Virus record (IMG/VR): IMGVR_UViG_3300021387_001614 | Location: 82,937 to 146,936 of that record | Strand: one strand, 5' to 3' | DNA length: 64,000 nt | Source: a virus | Lineage: Duplodnaviria; Caudoviricetes | Shown here: positions 19,982-28,917 of the stretch, one piece after another | Numbering within the stretch: position 1 is the first letter of the stretch | Layout of the letters: the number at the start of each line of letters is the position of its first letter | Translations under genes and position numbers: made by a program | Notes under the pieces: model-generated | Databases searched by the model: none | What the model saw: the letters and a program-made list of their open reading frames with translations, nothing else | What the model was told of the DNA's origin: nothing

Positions 19982-20009
19982 AAAAAATGCAGCCATTTCT
20001 GACTGCATT
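19982..20009 (-). terminator. Intrinsic terminator (identical copy at 61050-61075)
   Basis: ATGCAG-ccatttctga-CTGCAT stem with U-tract on the minus strand. Confidence 0.7.
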
Positions 20010-20028
20010 AAGAGATTTTTTTTATGAT

Positions 20029-20277
20029 TTAAGGCATTACTCTTGCACCGTTTTGTGCATTTGCCCAATAATTTTGTAGTGTTAAGAAATCTCCGAGTTC
20101 ATCTGTGTCATGCTGTTTTCCATATTTATATTCACCATTTTCGTCATGAACCGGTGCTGTTGTGGAAATTTCAGCATCACTATTATATTCCTTTACGTCA
20201 CCGTTATCAAAAGTTGGTGCTGTTTCAGCCTCAAGCAACTTTCTAAACTGTGACTCATTTAAAGTTATTTTTTTCAT
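20029..20277 (-). CDS. Small leader-bearing protein
   Basis: MKKITLNESQFRKLLE; TATTTATA at 20292-20299. Confidence 0.75.
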   Translation of the reverse strand: MKKITLNESQFRKLLEAETAPTFDNGDVKEYNSDAEISTTAPVHDENGEYKYGKQHDTDELGDFLTLQNYWANAQNGARVMP

Positions 20278-20310
20278 TTCTCGTCTTTTCTTATAAATAT
20301 CACCACAAAA

Positions 20311-21033
20311 TCATTTTTTATTAATATTCTTTTTGAACACTAACTTTGCTTCGTATAAATCACCATTGTCCGTTATGAAACTAAATTTGTTTCCAAGTTT
20401 AATTGCTTTCAATTCGGAACTATTTTCATTAATTATCTTGCCCTCGTTTAAGTATTTTTTCATGTATGCGCCAAGATATTTCTTCATTGTAGATTCAACA
20501 ATTGTTTTAATAAGCGAATAATCCACACCGTTTGACGCTGTTTCTGTTATGACTCCACGTGAAACATTCGGCTCTTGATACATACTTTCTTGAATCAATT
20601 GTGTATCATTTCCCATTTCTACACCTTCTTCTTTAATTATCGTGCCATCATTATCGGTCTCGATACCAAAAGTTTCTAATATCTCTTTAGGTAAACGTGT
20701 TTTTCCACCAACTACAGACGATGTGTTGGTTGTTATTATGTTCTTTCTCCTAAGACTATTTAACTTTTTGTTAAGTTCTTCCTCAAGGTACTGACCATGA
20801 GCACCTGTTTCTTCATTTAACATACTACTATCAACAGATGGTGTAGTGGTAGTATTTGCAAAAACCATTGAATCATATTGTGTTGCGCCTGCTGACGTTT
20901 TATTGAGATTTTTCATCCTATCAGCAGTGCGTTCTTTAATTATATGTGAATCTTGTTTTGCGTCTTGATGTATTAATTGTCTTGCTCTATCTTTAATAGA
21001 TGCAAATTTGCTACTTGATAATATTTCATCCAT
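20311..21033 (-). CDS. Hypothetical protein (possible head/scaffold-associated)
   Basis: 240 aa with many L/I-x-E sites (LNEE, IKEE, IQES, ITET, IVES, LNEG, INEN). Confidence 0.65.
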   Translation of the reverse strand: MDEILSSSKFASIKDRARQLIHQDAKQDSHIIKERTADRMKNLNKTSAGATQYDSMVFANTTTTPSVDSSMLNEETGAHGQYLEEELNKKLNSLRRKNIITTNTSSVVGGKTRLPKEILETFGIETDNDGTIIKEEGVEMGNDTQLIQESMYQEPNVSRGVITETASNGVDYSLIKTIVESTMKKYLGAYMKKYLNEGKIINENSSELKAIKLGNKFSFITDNGDLYEAKLVFKKNINKK

Positions 21034-21044
21034 AATCCTAAAAA

Positions 21045-21797
21045 TTAAACATTATTGTCATCATCATCTTTTTCACCCCCATTTGAATGCTTATCGGCTA
21101 TAGGTCCGCTCTTATTCACTGTTGTTTGGTCTTGTGACATTTTATCATCAACATCTTTCCATAGTTTATCCCACTCATCCCTTGTTCTTTGTGTTGATGC
21201 GATGTTCTTTTTAACCATATCTGTGTCTATGCCGCCATATTTACCTTTTCTTCTTAAAGCACTAAATCTTATTTGGTTATACGGCACTTTGTCATAAGCA
21301 CTTGTGTCATTCTTTTTAACATTAACACTACCAAGGTTTTTCGCTGCTGTTGTTCCACCCTTAGCGGCATTAAGTGACGGTTGATAAAGACCATCTTCAT
21401 CAAACTGTACTTGTCTGATTATACTTGTCATAGATTTATCGCCATTAGGGTTATATGCAGGAACATTGGCACCGGCGGTTCTTGGGTCTGTAACAAAAGG
21501 GTGCTTTTTTCGTGGTTTCCACGATTCTATTCTATCAAGACGTAATGTTTCATATCTCGGTGCGCCTCTAAAAGAATCACCTTTCCACATAAATGCCCTT
21601 ATAATAGGATTACCCGCTTTAGAAATTCCATAAACATATGGCTCGATTAATCTTCTTCCGGGCGCGTGATTTTCCTCATCACTATAATTTATCCATACTT
21701 GATACTTGTTGTCAATGGCATCAATAACCAAGTTCGAATCAACAGATTCGGACAACACGCTCTGCATTATGTCATATAAATTAAGTGTCACGCTCAT
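21045..21797 (-). CDS. WYL-domain protein
   Basis: AID.K..V.INY, RLIEPYVYG, IIRAF, LRLDRIESW; no HTH visible. Confidence 0.8.
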   Translation of the reverse strand: MSVTLNLYDIMQSVLSESVDSNLVIDAIDNKYQVWINYSDEENHAPGRRLIEPYVYGISKAGNPIIRAFMWKGDSFRGAPRYETLRLDRIESWKPRKKHPFVTDPRTAGANVPAYNPNGDKSMTSIIRQVQFDEDGLYQPSLNAAKGGTTAAKNLGSVNVKKNDTSAYDKVPYNQIRFSALRRKGKYGGIDTDMVKKNIASTQRTRDEWDKLWKDVDDKMSQDQTTVNKSGPIADKHSNGGEKDDDDNNV

Positions 21798-21812
21798 TTA
21801 AGTGGTTTTTAA

Positions 21813-22202
21813 TTAGATATAAATTTGACCTTGTGCAATATTTTCTGCTGTGTTAATAAGGTCAGCACCGTACTGATTTTCTGCATTATACATTGATGAT
21901 GCAAGCGCTTTTTCACGACCGCCGATATCGTTTCTACCCTTTATATCATAAATGCCACCACCGTTAAAAGTATCAAAGTTGCTATAATCAATCATATTGG
22001 TGGGTTTGGTACAATCGGGCAACCAAGCCGTGTGTCCACCATGTCCCGTACCCTTTCCTTGAGGGTCACCGTCGCTTATTGCGTCGGGGTGAGTAGCACC
22101 ATATTGATTTTCAATATTATAGTCACTTCTTACGATTTCCTGACTTCTTTCGTCAATACCACGCTTTTCAAGACATGATTGACCATTTTCAAAAACTGCC
22201 AT
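21813..22202 (-). CDS. Hypothetical late (probable virion) protein
   Basis: 129 aa; internal YN.ENQYGA duplication; TATTTATA upstream at 22236-22243. Confidence 0.7.
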   Translation of the reverse strand: MAVFENGQSCLEKRGIDERSQEIVRSDYNIENQYGATHPDAISDGDPQGKGTGHGGHTAWLPDCTKPTNMIDYSNFDTFNGGGIYDIKGRNDIGGREKALASSMYNAENQYGADLINTAENIAQGQIYI

Positions 22203-22213
22203 AGTTAAAATAT

Positions 22214-22273
22214 ATTATTGACTGCATTATTTTTTTATAAATATCTGATTTAAAAAATAACACAGTCAATAAT
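22214..22273 (-). promoter_or_regulatory. Inverted repeat enclosing a late promoter (putative translational-occlusion hairpin)
   Basis: ATTATTGACTG (22214-22224) pairs with CAGTCAATAAT (22263-22273), plus inner TTATTTTT/AAAAATAA; TATAAATA lies in the loop. Confidence 0.6.
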
Positions 22274-22275
22274 TA

Positions 22276-23499
22276 CTATTTCTTTGAATCTTCTACTATC
22301 TTTTTATATGCCTTAACTCTTTCGGCACATATTTTATCTATCGAATATGTGTTAACAACATAATCGTGCAGATTTTTCTTTAATTTCGCAACCAACTCAG
22401 GGTCATTTGCTAATCTCGTTATATACTTTCCCCATAATTTGTGGTTTTTAGAACTATCCACCAATAAACAATTACCATCTTCATTGATAGCGTTACCCTT
22501 ACCTATAATTGGCTTTAAGTCTATTGTATATGCACCAAAATTTTGGGCAATGAGTGCCGTGTTAGTAAATCCTGCCTCTATTTCTTTAAGTTGTGATTTC
22601 ATTTTATTAAATTCACACTCTTTTAAAGGTGCAAGAAGAACATCAACATTTTCATAATGTGTGGCATATTTGTTAATATCCCTTGTCCACATTCTTCTAT
22701 AAGACTCATTTTCAAACGGGTCATCAACCCCTTTCATGAATTTAAGCAAGAAATCCTTATGTTGGGGACTGATATACTTGTAATTGTCTGTTATGATTTT
22801 TTCATAATCAAACCAAACGCTTTCTTCGGGAAGAATTGGTCGTCTTTCCACTTGTCCGGTATCATTATGATAAATCGTCCTCGTACCATTTGTGTCAAAA
22901 CCACAAAGTACAAACTGAACCTTATCAAGTGGAACTTGATTCACAACTCCCTTTAACAACATAATATCGTGCAAATGTGATGAGCCACAAATAATACCAA
23001 TTCTAAGCAGTTTAGAATCTTTTTTAACTTGTTCTTTATACTGCTCTTCTTCGGGATTTATGGCATTTGGAAAAACAAGAACATTTTTATTGTGCTTGGA
23101 TAATTCCTTTGCAAAAATTGGCGTTGTTGTCGATACATAATCAGCGGCACGCAAGTGTTCGATAATAGGCACATGCCACTTTTCTTTCTTTGCACTCAGT
23201 GACATGGGATGAAAATCGCCTAATTTATAGTGGTCGTCAACATCCACAATTACAGGTATACCCAAAAATTTAATCATATTCATAATCTCTAACCTTGGGT
23301 CAAGTTGTTTATGAATATGAATAAGGTCATATTGTTTTAAAAAACCTTCCAAATTTTCTTTGGGAAGTTGATATACAATATCTATATCAAACTCATCCTT
23401 ATAGTGCTCTGCAATATAAACGTGAGGGTCTATCGAGCGGAATTTTCCCACACCCGTGCGGTCACTCGGTACCACCAACATCTTAATTTTTTTATCCAT
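22276..23499 (-). CDS. Glycosyltransferase, GT-B (GT4-like)
   Basis: GVGKFRS..PH, DVDD, VSTTT, VFPNAI, LAPL...FN..KSQLK.IEAG motifs. Confidence 0.85.
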   Translation of the reverse strand: MDKKIKMLVVPSDRTGVGKFRSIDPHVYIAEHYKDEFDIDIVYQLPKENLEGFLKQYDLIHIHKQLDPRLEIMNMIKFLGIPVIVDVDDHYKLGDFHPMSLSAKKEKWHVPIIEHLRAADYVSTTTPIFAKELSKHNKNVLVFPNAINPEEEQYKEQVKKDSKLLRIGIICGSSHLHDIMLLKGVVNQVPLDKVQFVLCGFDTNGTRTIYHNDTGQVERRPILPEESVWFDYEKIITDNYKYISPQHKDFLLKFMKGVDDPFENESYRRMWTRDINKYATHYENVDVLLAPLKECEFNKMKSQLKEIEAGFTNTALIAQNFGAYTIDLKPIIGKGNAINEDGNCLLVDSSKNHKLWGKYITRLANDPELVAKLKKNLHDYVVNTYSIDKICAERVKAYKKIVEDSKK

Positions 23500-23562
23500 A
23501 AAATCTCTTTTTTAAAAAAATAAAAAAAAGTTTTAAAGTGTCAACAGTTATATCGTTACATA

Positions 23563-24462
23563 TTAATAATCTTGTTTGATATTAAAATATCTGCTATATG
23601 TAGGGTTTTTATAATTTCCGGCTGTTTTTTGAAACAAAAGTTTTTTAAGATAGTTTGTTTCATCACTAATCTCACACTTATTTAGTTCGAGATTTCTCAT
23701 TTTATCGTAAACATGAATTTTATTTCTTAATTTGGAATTCTTTATTAATTTATATAAACTCATTCTTTCATTAAGATTTCTTTCGCTAAAATTATACGGT
23801 AAAAGTAGTATATCAACTCTTAAAATATATTGATTTGCGTTTGGTATAGCGTTTGCATATGTTGTAAGTCTATCCTCCGCTTGAAAATAAGGGTGACCTT
23901 GTTTATCCCCAACACCATCCACATAACCCATTTTATCACTTTTTTTGCCATAATTAATTGGAAGATATGATGATGTATAATCATTGCTTTGCATCATCCA
24001 TTCTTTGCCATTATAAGCAAACGCCCCATCGTGTTCATCTGCAAATGTATACGGGTCGCCATTATTGTGGATTTTATATGCCCAATCAAATGGCTTTATC
24101 AGCATGTTATATTGTTTCCCATTAACTTTAAAATTTGGTTTTTTATTAAATAAATCACCGTCTATCGTCAAGCGTATTGCACACCAATCATCACCTTTTC
24201 CGTCGTCACCTGAATACATTATTATTGGCCAACCTTCCCTAAATGATTTCGTTCTTGAGAATGACATTGTATTTTTTCCATTATGCCATTTCTTTTCAAA
24301 ACCAGTGGGGGTAAACGAATCTGTCTTAACTAACGCCTCAAATCTATCAAAAGATAAAAAATGATATAATAAGTTTGAAGCAGATTCTTTTAATACTGAT
24401 GTTACAGATTCTTTTATGATATTACATAAATCCGTTTCGGTGAGTTTTATTAGTTTCTTCAT
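23563..24462 (-). CDS. Leader-bearing protein, ART-like fold candidate
   Basis: MKKLIKLTETDLCNIIKESV leader (start moved to 24462), then LYHF, MSFSRT, IRLTIDG and AEDRL. Confidence 0.55.
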   Translation of the reverse strand: MKKLIKLTETDLCNIIKESVTSVLKESASNLLYHFLSFDRFEALVKTDSFTPTGFEKKWHNGKNTMSFSRTKSFREGWPIIMYSGDDGKGDDWCAIRLTIDGDLFNKKPNFKVNGKQYNMLIKPFDWAYKIHNNGDPYTFADEHDGAFAYNGKEWMMQSNDYTSSYLPINYGKKSDKMGYVDGVGDKQGHPYFQAEDRLTTYANAIPNANQYILRVDILLLPYNFSERNLNERMSLYKLIKNSKLRNKIHVYDKMRNLELNKCEISDETNYLKKLLFQKTAGNYKNPTYSRYFNIKQDY

Positions 24463-24502
24463 ATATGTATGCATACTATTAACAGACTTAAAAAAAAAGG
24501 AA

Positions 24503-24955
24503 CTATAACATTCCTTTTCCTTTTACAACCCTTTTAATGGATTCTGAAATAATTTTATTTAACCTTTTTTTATCCTCGTGTATCGTAAAATTCACAAGAT
24601 AGAGACTGCGCTGCATATCGCTTAAAAAAGACTCGACGTCGCTTCTCATTCCGATATAATCATCGCCCATATTCTTTAATGACTTATAGAATGCATTGGT
24701 TGCGGAAATAACATCCTTAACGAATTTTTTTAAATCCGTAATTTTATACTCTATGGGATTTAGTTTACCGAATTGTAAATTACCGGTTATTGATTGTTCA
24801 ACTTCTGAAACTTGGTCTTGAAAATCTGCAATTTTTTCCGCAATATCGTCGCATAATTTATGTTGGGATAAATTTAAACTATTCCAATGTAAACTTTTTA
24901 TTGCAGTTTTGAAGCCTTCAAGTCTATTGATAAAGTTTAAAATATTCTTTGTCAT
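24503..24955 (-). CDS. Ferritin/Dps-like four-helix protein (DUF5856-like)
   Basis: KSLHW....QHKLCD......D...E pattern of Dps-like bundles; C-terminal LNKIISESIKRV tag. Confidence 0.65.
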   Translation of the reverse strand: MTKNILNFINRLEGFKTAIKSLHWNSLNLSQHKLCDDIAEKIADFQDQVSEVEQSITGNLQFGKLNPIEYKITDLKKFVKDVISATNAFYKSLKNMGDDYIGMRSDVESFLSDMQRSLYLVNFTIHEDKKRLNKIISESIKRVVKGKGML

Positions 24956-25333
24956 TTACATGAGATGTTTCTTAATTATTTTCTTCACTACACTTTCAAC
25001 AATTCTGTTAAGTCTACGTTCTGAACGTATTCTATTTTCCTTTACCGCATTATCATACTCCCAACCCTTATGGAAAAATTCTTTTGGTGTAGCATCATTT
25101 TTTTCCATGCGTGCATCAAGTTCAGAATCATGTTCGTGTGCTTTTTCAAACTCTAACTCTTCCATTGCGTCTTTAACGTTCTCACGGTCAGGTATTTCAG
25201 GTGTATTGGCTGTAAGTGCGCCAAAAAGCAACGCACCTGCACCGCCTGCAGCTGCTGCTCTATCAAACCACTTGCCTTCTTCAATACTTTCTTTTACCAA
25301 ATTGTCAATGTGCTTTCTTAATTGTCTATCCAT
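24956..25333 (-). CDS. Hypothetical protein with Gly/Ala-rich hydrophobic segment
   Basis: LVKES at the N-terminus, AAAAGGAGALLFGALTA, and RIVESVVKKII at the C-terminus. Confidence 0.7.
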   Translation of the reverse strand: MDRQLRKHIDNLVKESIEEGKWFDRAAAAGGAGALLFGALTANTPEIPDRENVKDAMEELEFEKAHEHDSELDARMEKNDATPKEFFHKGWEYDNAVKENRIRSERRLNRIVESVVKKIIKKHLM

Positions 25334-25497
25334 TTTCTTAATAGGTTTAATGCGCTCCCGCGCGTAATATTATACTATATATTACTTCTTTTTATTAATA
25401 TTATATAGTAATTGGTACCGGTATATTAACCGGGACCCCGGTATATTATTAAATATATCAAAAAAAAGAAAAATATTAAAAAGAAAAAAAAGATTTT

Positions 25498-25529
25498 TTT
25501 GTTTTTTTCAAAAAAAATCCGTATATTTG
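25498..25529 (+). promoter_or_regulatory. Bacteroidota sigma-A-type promoter
   Basis: TTTG 25498-25501, 20 nt spacer, TATATTTG 25522-25529; ATG at 25555. Confidence 0.8.
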
Positions 25530-25554
25530 CAAAAAACTTTAACAATTAAAAACA

Positions 25555-26103
25555 ATGGATAAGCAGAAAAATCTTGACCTATTTTTTGAAAAATTAGAAA
25601 AAACAGGTGTTGATACTACCGAATTACGTGAATTATTGGGTGAGTATTTACAAAAAGCAACATTTAACCCATCATTTGACAGTGGTTTATGTGGTGAGGG
25701 AACATTTCTTTCAACAATTCTTTATGAGTTAACACCGTACGCTGTCAGAATTAATGAACTCTTACCCGAAAACAAAAGAGCAAGTAAAACATCTCTTGTA
25801 AAAGTTTGTTTGCTTCATCAAATAGCAAAAGCAATAAGACTAATCCCCAATGATAATACATGGGAAATTGAAAAACGAGGCATACTTTACAAATATGACA
25901 CATCATTGCCCTCAATTAGAACAGGATTACATTCACTTGCAATTGCACAGTCTTGCGGTATAAATTTTTCAATTGATGAGGTTGAAGCAATGACTATAAT
26001 AGATAAAGACTTAACAGACAATCAAGCAAGGTATCATTCAAGTGTTATGGCTTCAATTATAAGACAAGCCAATGAATTAACATATTTAACAAACAAACTA
26101 TGA
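25555..26103 (+). CDS. HD-superfamily-like protein, degenerate (HD replaced by HQ)
   Basis: SLVKVCLLHQIAK, W..EKRG..YKY, E..AM, I.QAN layout of phage HD hydrolases. Confidence 0.6.
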   Translation: MDKQKNLDLFFEKLEKTGVDTTELRELLGEYLQKATFNPSFDSGLCGEGTFLSTILYELTPYAVRINELLPENKRASKTSLVKVCLLHQIAKAIRLIPNDNTWEIEKRGILYKYDTSLPSIRTGLHSLAIAQSCGINFSIDEVEAMTIIDKDLTDNQARYHSSVMASIIRQANELTYLTNKL

Positions 26104-26573
26104 CGCTTAAATCACTTTTTTTAAGATTTTTAAAAGAAAACAACGTATACACAACGACTGTGGTTGATAAAATTATATCGCCTTCAAATGATGATGTTAA
26201 TGTATTTGTAAATAAAAAAAACCTATTTTTTTCTATTTCATCATATAGGATTGAAAACTGGATAAAGGCTCTGCGCAATTATTTTGGCGTAAATAATTAT
26301 TATTCACTTCACAGGAAATGGAAATCTTTATGTGAAAAAATAGAGATAAGTAATTGCAATATAAACGTTGGGGATACAATAAGGCATCCTTATGGGTTTA
26401 ATGATTTAACGGTAAAAGAAATTGATTTAAAATCAAAAAAAATCTTATGTAAAAATGAAAATATCGAATGTTTCATACCCATCTATGCAATCAGAATTAT
26501 CAACAAAAAAAAGTTTGTACCGTTTAATGATATCGAAGTTAAATATAAATACAGAAATAAAATATACGAATAA
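26100..26573 (+). CDS. Hypothetical protein
   Basis: 157 aa; ATGA overlap with the upstream gene. Confidence 0.65.
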   Translation: MTLKSLFLRFLKENNVYTTTVVDKIISPSNDDVNVFVNKKNLFFSISSYRIENWIKALRNYFGVNNYYSLHRKWKSLCEKIEISNCNINVGDTIRHPYGFNDLTVKEIDLKSKKILCKNENIECFIPIYAIRIINKKKFVPFNDIEVKYKYRNKIYE

Positions 26574-27700
26574 TGGCGTTAATAAGAGAAATTAAATACT
26601 GTTACAATGATATCAGCATTGTGCCCGCAATTAAGAGCAATATCGAACATCGTGATGAATGCAAACCATTTCTAAGCGAACGTGATATTGATAATTTACC
26701 TATTTTTGCGTCACCGATGAGTACAGTAGTTAACAAGGAAAATTTTAGCTTATTTGAAGATAACCAAATAATACCAATTCTTCCACGAAATTTTAGCCTT
26801 GAAACACGTATAGAATATATCAAATCGGGCAAATGGGCAGCACTTAGTTTACAAGAATTTATAGATTTATTTATTGATAATGATTGGGACATGAAATCTT
26901 GCTTTAGTGTTAATGTGCTCATTGATATTGCAAACGGTCACATGACAAAATTGCATAAAACGATACATTCAGCAAAAAACAAATATGAATGGTCTTCTAA
27001 ATTTAAAATAATGGCAGGTAATATTGCGAATCCACTAACATATATTGAGCTTGCAAAGGCAGGGTGTGATTATGTAAGATTATCTGTGGGGTCGGGTAGT
27101 GGATGTATTAGTTCTACGCAAACGGGCATACATTATCCATTAGCGTCTTTAATTTCAGAAACTTACGAAATTAAAAAGAAATTAAATCATCTTGGTGAAT
27201 GGACACCAATGATAATTGCTGATGGCGGCGTTCGTAATTATGATGATGTTTTAAAGGCGTTGGCTTTAGGTGCTGATTATGTCATGATTGGTGGACTTTT
27301 CTCTAAACTCGTTGAAAGTGCCGCTCCTACATTTTATTATGATGAAGATGGTGAAACAATTCACGAAATAAGCCCATTCGAGCATAAAATTAATATTAAT
27401 GCCGATGGCACATTTGACATTAATGGAGAAATAACCGTTGATAATCTTTATAAGGTATTCTATGGCATGGCTTCACGAAGGGGTCAAGAAGATATTAGTG
27501 GCGAAAAGAAAAAAACAAGTGAGGGTGTTCAAAAAGTCTTTAATTGCACCACTAATTTAAAGAAATGGTCAGAAAATATGGCGGCTTATATGCGGTCAGC
27601 AATGAGTTATACAAACTGTTATTTTATAGAGGAATTTAATCCCGAAAATGTTGATTGTGTTATAATATCCCCTCAAACAAAAGAAAGTATAAATAAATAA
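26573..27700 (+). CDS. guaC: GMP reductase / IMP dehydrogenase family protein
   Basis: DIANGH, MAGNIA, GSGSGCISSTQTG catalytic Cys loop, IIADGG, LALGADYVMIG, FYGMAS, SEG; no CBS pair. GuaC versus GuaB not certain. Confidence 0.8.
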   Translation: MALIREIKYCYNDISIVPAIKSNIEHRDECKPFLSERDIDNLPIFASPMSTVVNKENFSLFEDNQIIPILPRNFSLETRIEYIKSGKWAALSLQEFIDLFIDNDWDMKSCFSVNVLIDIANGHMTKLHKTIHSAKNKYEWSSKFKIMAGNIANPLTYIELAKAGCDYVRLSVGSGSGCISSTQTGIHYPLASLISETYEIKKKLNHLGEWTPMIIADGGVRNYDDVLKALALGADYVMIGGLFSKLVESAAPTFYYDEDGETIHEISPFEHKININADGTFDINGEITVDNLYKVFYGMASRRGQEDISGEKKKTSEGVQKVFNCTTNLKKWSENMAAYMRSAMSYTNCYFIEEFNPENVDCVIISPQTKESINK

Positions 27701-27720
27701 TTTTGACAATAAAGTAGTGA

Positions 27721-27758
27721 AAAATGGACGAATCATAACGATTCGTCCATTTTTTTTG
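27721..27758 (+). terminator. Intrinsic terminator
   Basis: ATGGACGAATC/GATTCGTCCAT stem plus T-tract. Confidence 0.85.
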
Positions 27759-27796
27759 CTTTTTTTAATATTTTTTTTATTTTTTAAAAAAAAGTA

Positions 27797-28492
27797 ATGG
27801 ATGAAACTATATCAATAGTTGTTTGTTCTACAAAAAGTGCGGAAGAAAACGAAAAATTTATTAAAAACATAGAAGAAACAACAGAATGTACATGTCACGT
27901 TTTCTATCTCGTTAACATGGAAGGTGTGGGTTTAACTAAAATTTATGGTGATTTTATTAAATCAACAGAAATACAAAATAAAGACGATATCGTTGTTTTT
28001 ATACATGACGATATTGAGTTTTTAAAAAGGGGGTGGGATAGAGAAATTATCCGGCTGTTTAATGAAAATAAAGACTATGGAATTATAGGTGTTGCCGGTT
28101 CCGCACAATTTGACCAAAAGGGTGCATGGTGGAATTATGAAAAAAAATACGGGCAAGTTCTTCATAGAAGTGAAGGTAAAAGTTGGCTAACTGCATTTTC
28201 GCCATTACTGAAAAAAGATTTAGAAGAGGTTTGTGTTATTGATGGCTTATTTATGGCAGTACACACCAAAAGAATTAGTAAAGATTTTGACGAATCAATA
28301 AAGGGATTTGATTTTTATGATATTGATTTCTGTTTGGCAAATTTTATAGATAAAAAAACAAAAATAGGCGTTACGACAAATATACGAGTTGCACATAATT
28401 CTGTGGGAAAATTAAAGCCCACTTGGTACGAGAATAGGGACTTAATCAATGAGAAATATAAAAATTACTTACCGATAAATTTAAAGAAATAA
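27797..28492 (+). CDS. Glycosyltransferase, GT-A (GT2-like)
   Basis: VVFIHDDIEF (DxD-like), IIGVAG, VIDGLFMA, FDFYDIDFC, VAHNS.G. Confidence 0.85.
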   Translation: MDETISIVVCSTKSAEENEKFIKNIEETTECTCHVFYLVNMEGVGLTKIYGDFIKSTEIQNKDDIVVFIHDDIEFLKRGWDREIIRLFNENKDYGIIGVAGSAQFDQKGAWWNYEKKYGQVLHRSEGKSWLTAFSPLLKKDLEEVCVIDGLFMAVHTKRISKDFDESIKGFDFYDIDFCLANFIDKKTKIGVTTNIRVAHNSVGKLKPTWYENRDLINEKYKNYLPINLKK

Positions 28493-28917
28493 TGGAAAAA
28501 AATATACGTTTTTGGAAATCATGCTATATTTTCATGGATGATGTGAAGAAATATATGGATACGGTGTTTTCAAAAACAGCAGGTGAAATAAGTAACAAAG
28601 AAATAAGCGAACTGCAAAAATACATTGATAATGGATTAAAGATAGTCTTTAATAATGTTTACGAAATGGATAAAAATTTAGATAATATATCTTTAGATGA
28701 ATTAATTTCGCTAAGAAATGAGGTAAAAAATATTTCAGATACACACGCCAAAGAACTCACTGACTTTTCTGTTATGTATGGCGACCCATCAAATATTGAT
28801 GTTAGTAAAGATATGAAAAATGATTACGATAAGTTGAATAAATTCACTAATTTTCTTAATTTATTAAATCATAAAATAGAGAATAAAATCTATGAACAAT
28901 ATATTCAGAAAGATTAA
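28492..28917 (+). CDS. Hypothetical protein
   Basis: 141 aa, TAATG-coupled. Confidence 0.7.
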   Translation: MEKNIRFWKSCYIFMDDVKKYMDTVFSKTAGEISNKEISELQKYIDNGLKIVFNNVYEMDKNLDNISLDELISLRNEVKNISDTHAKELTDFSVMYGDPSNIDVSKDMKNDYDKLNKFTNFLNLLNHKIENKIYEQYIQKD

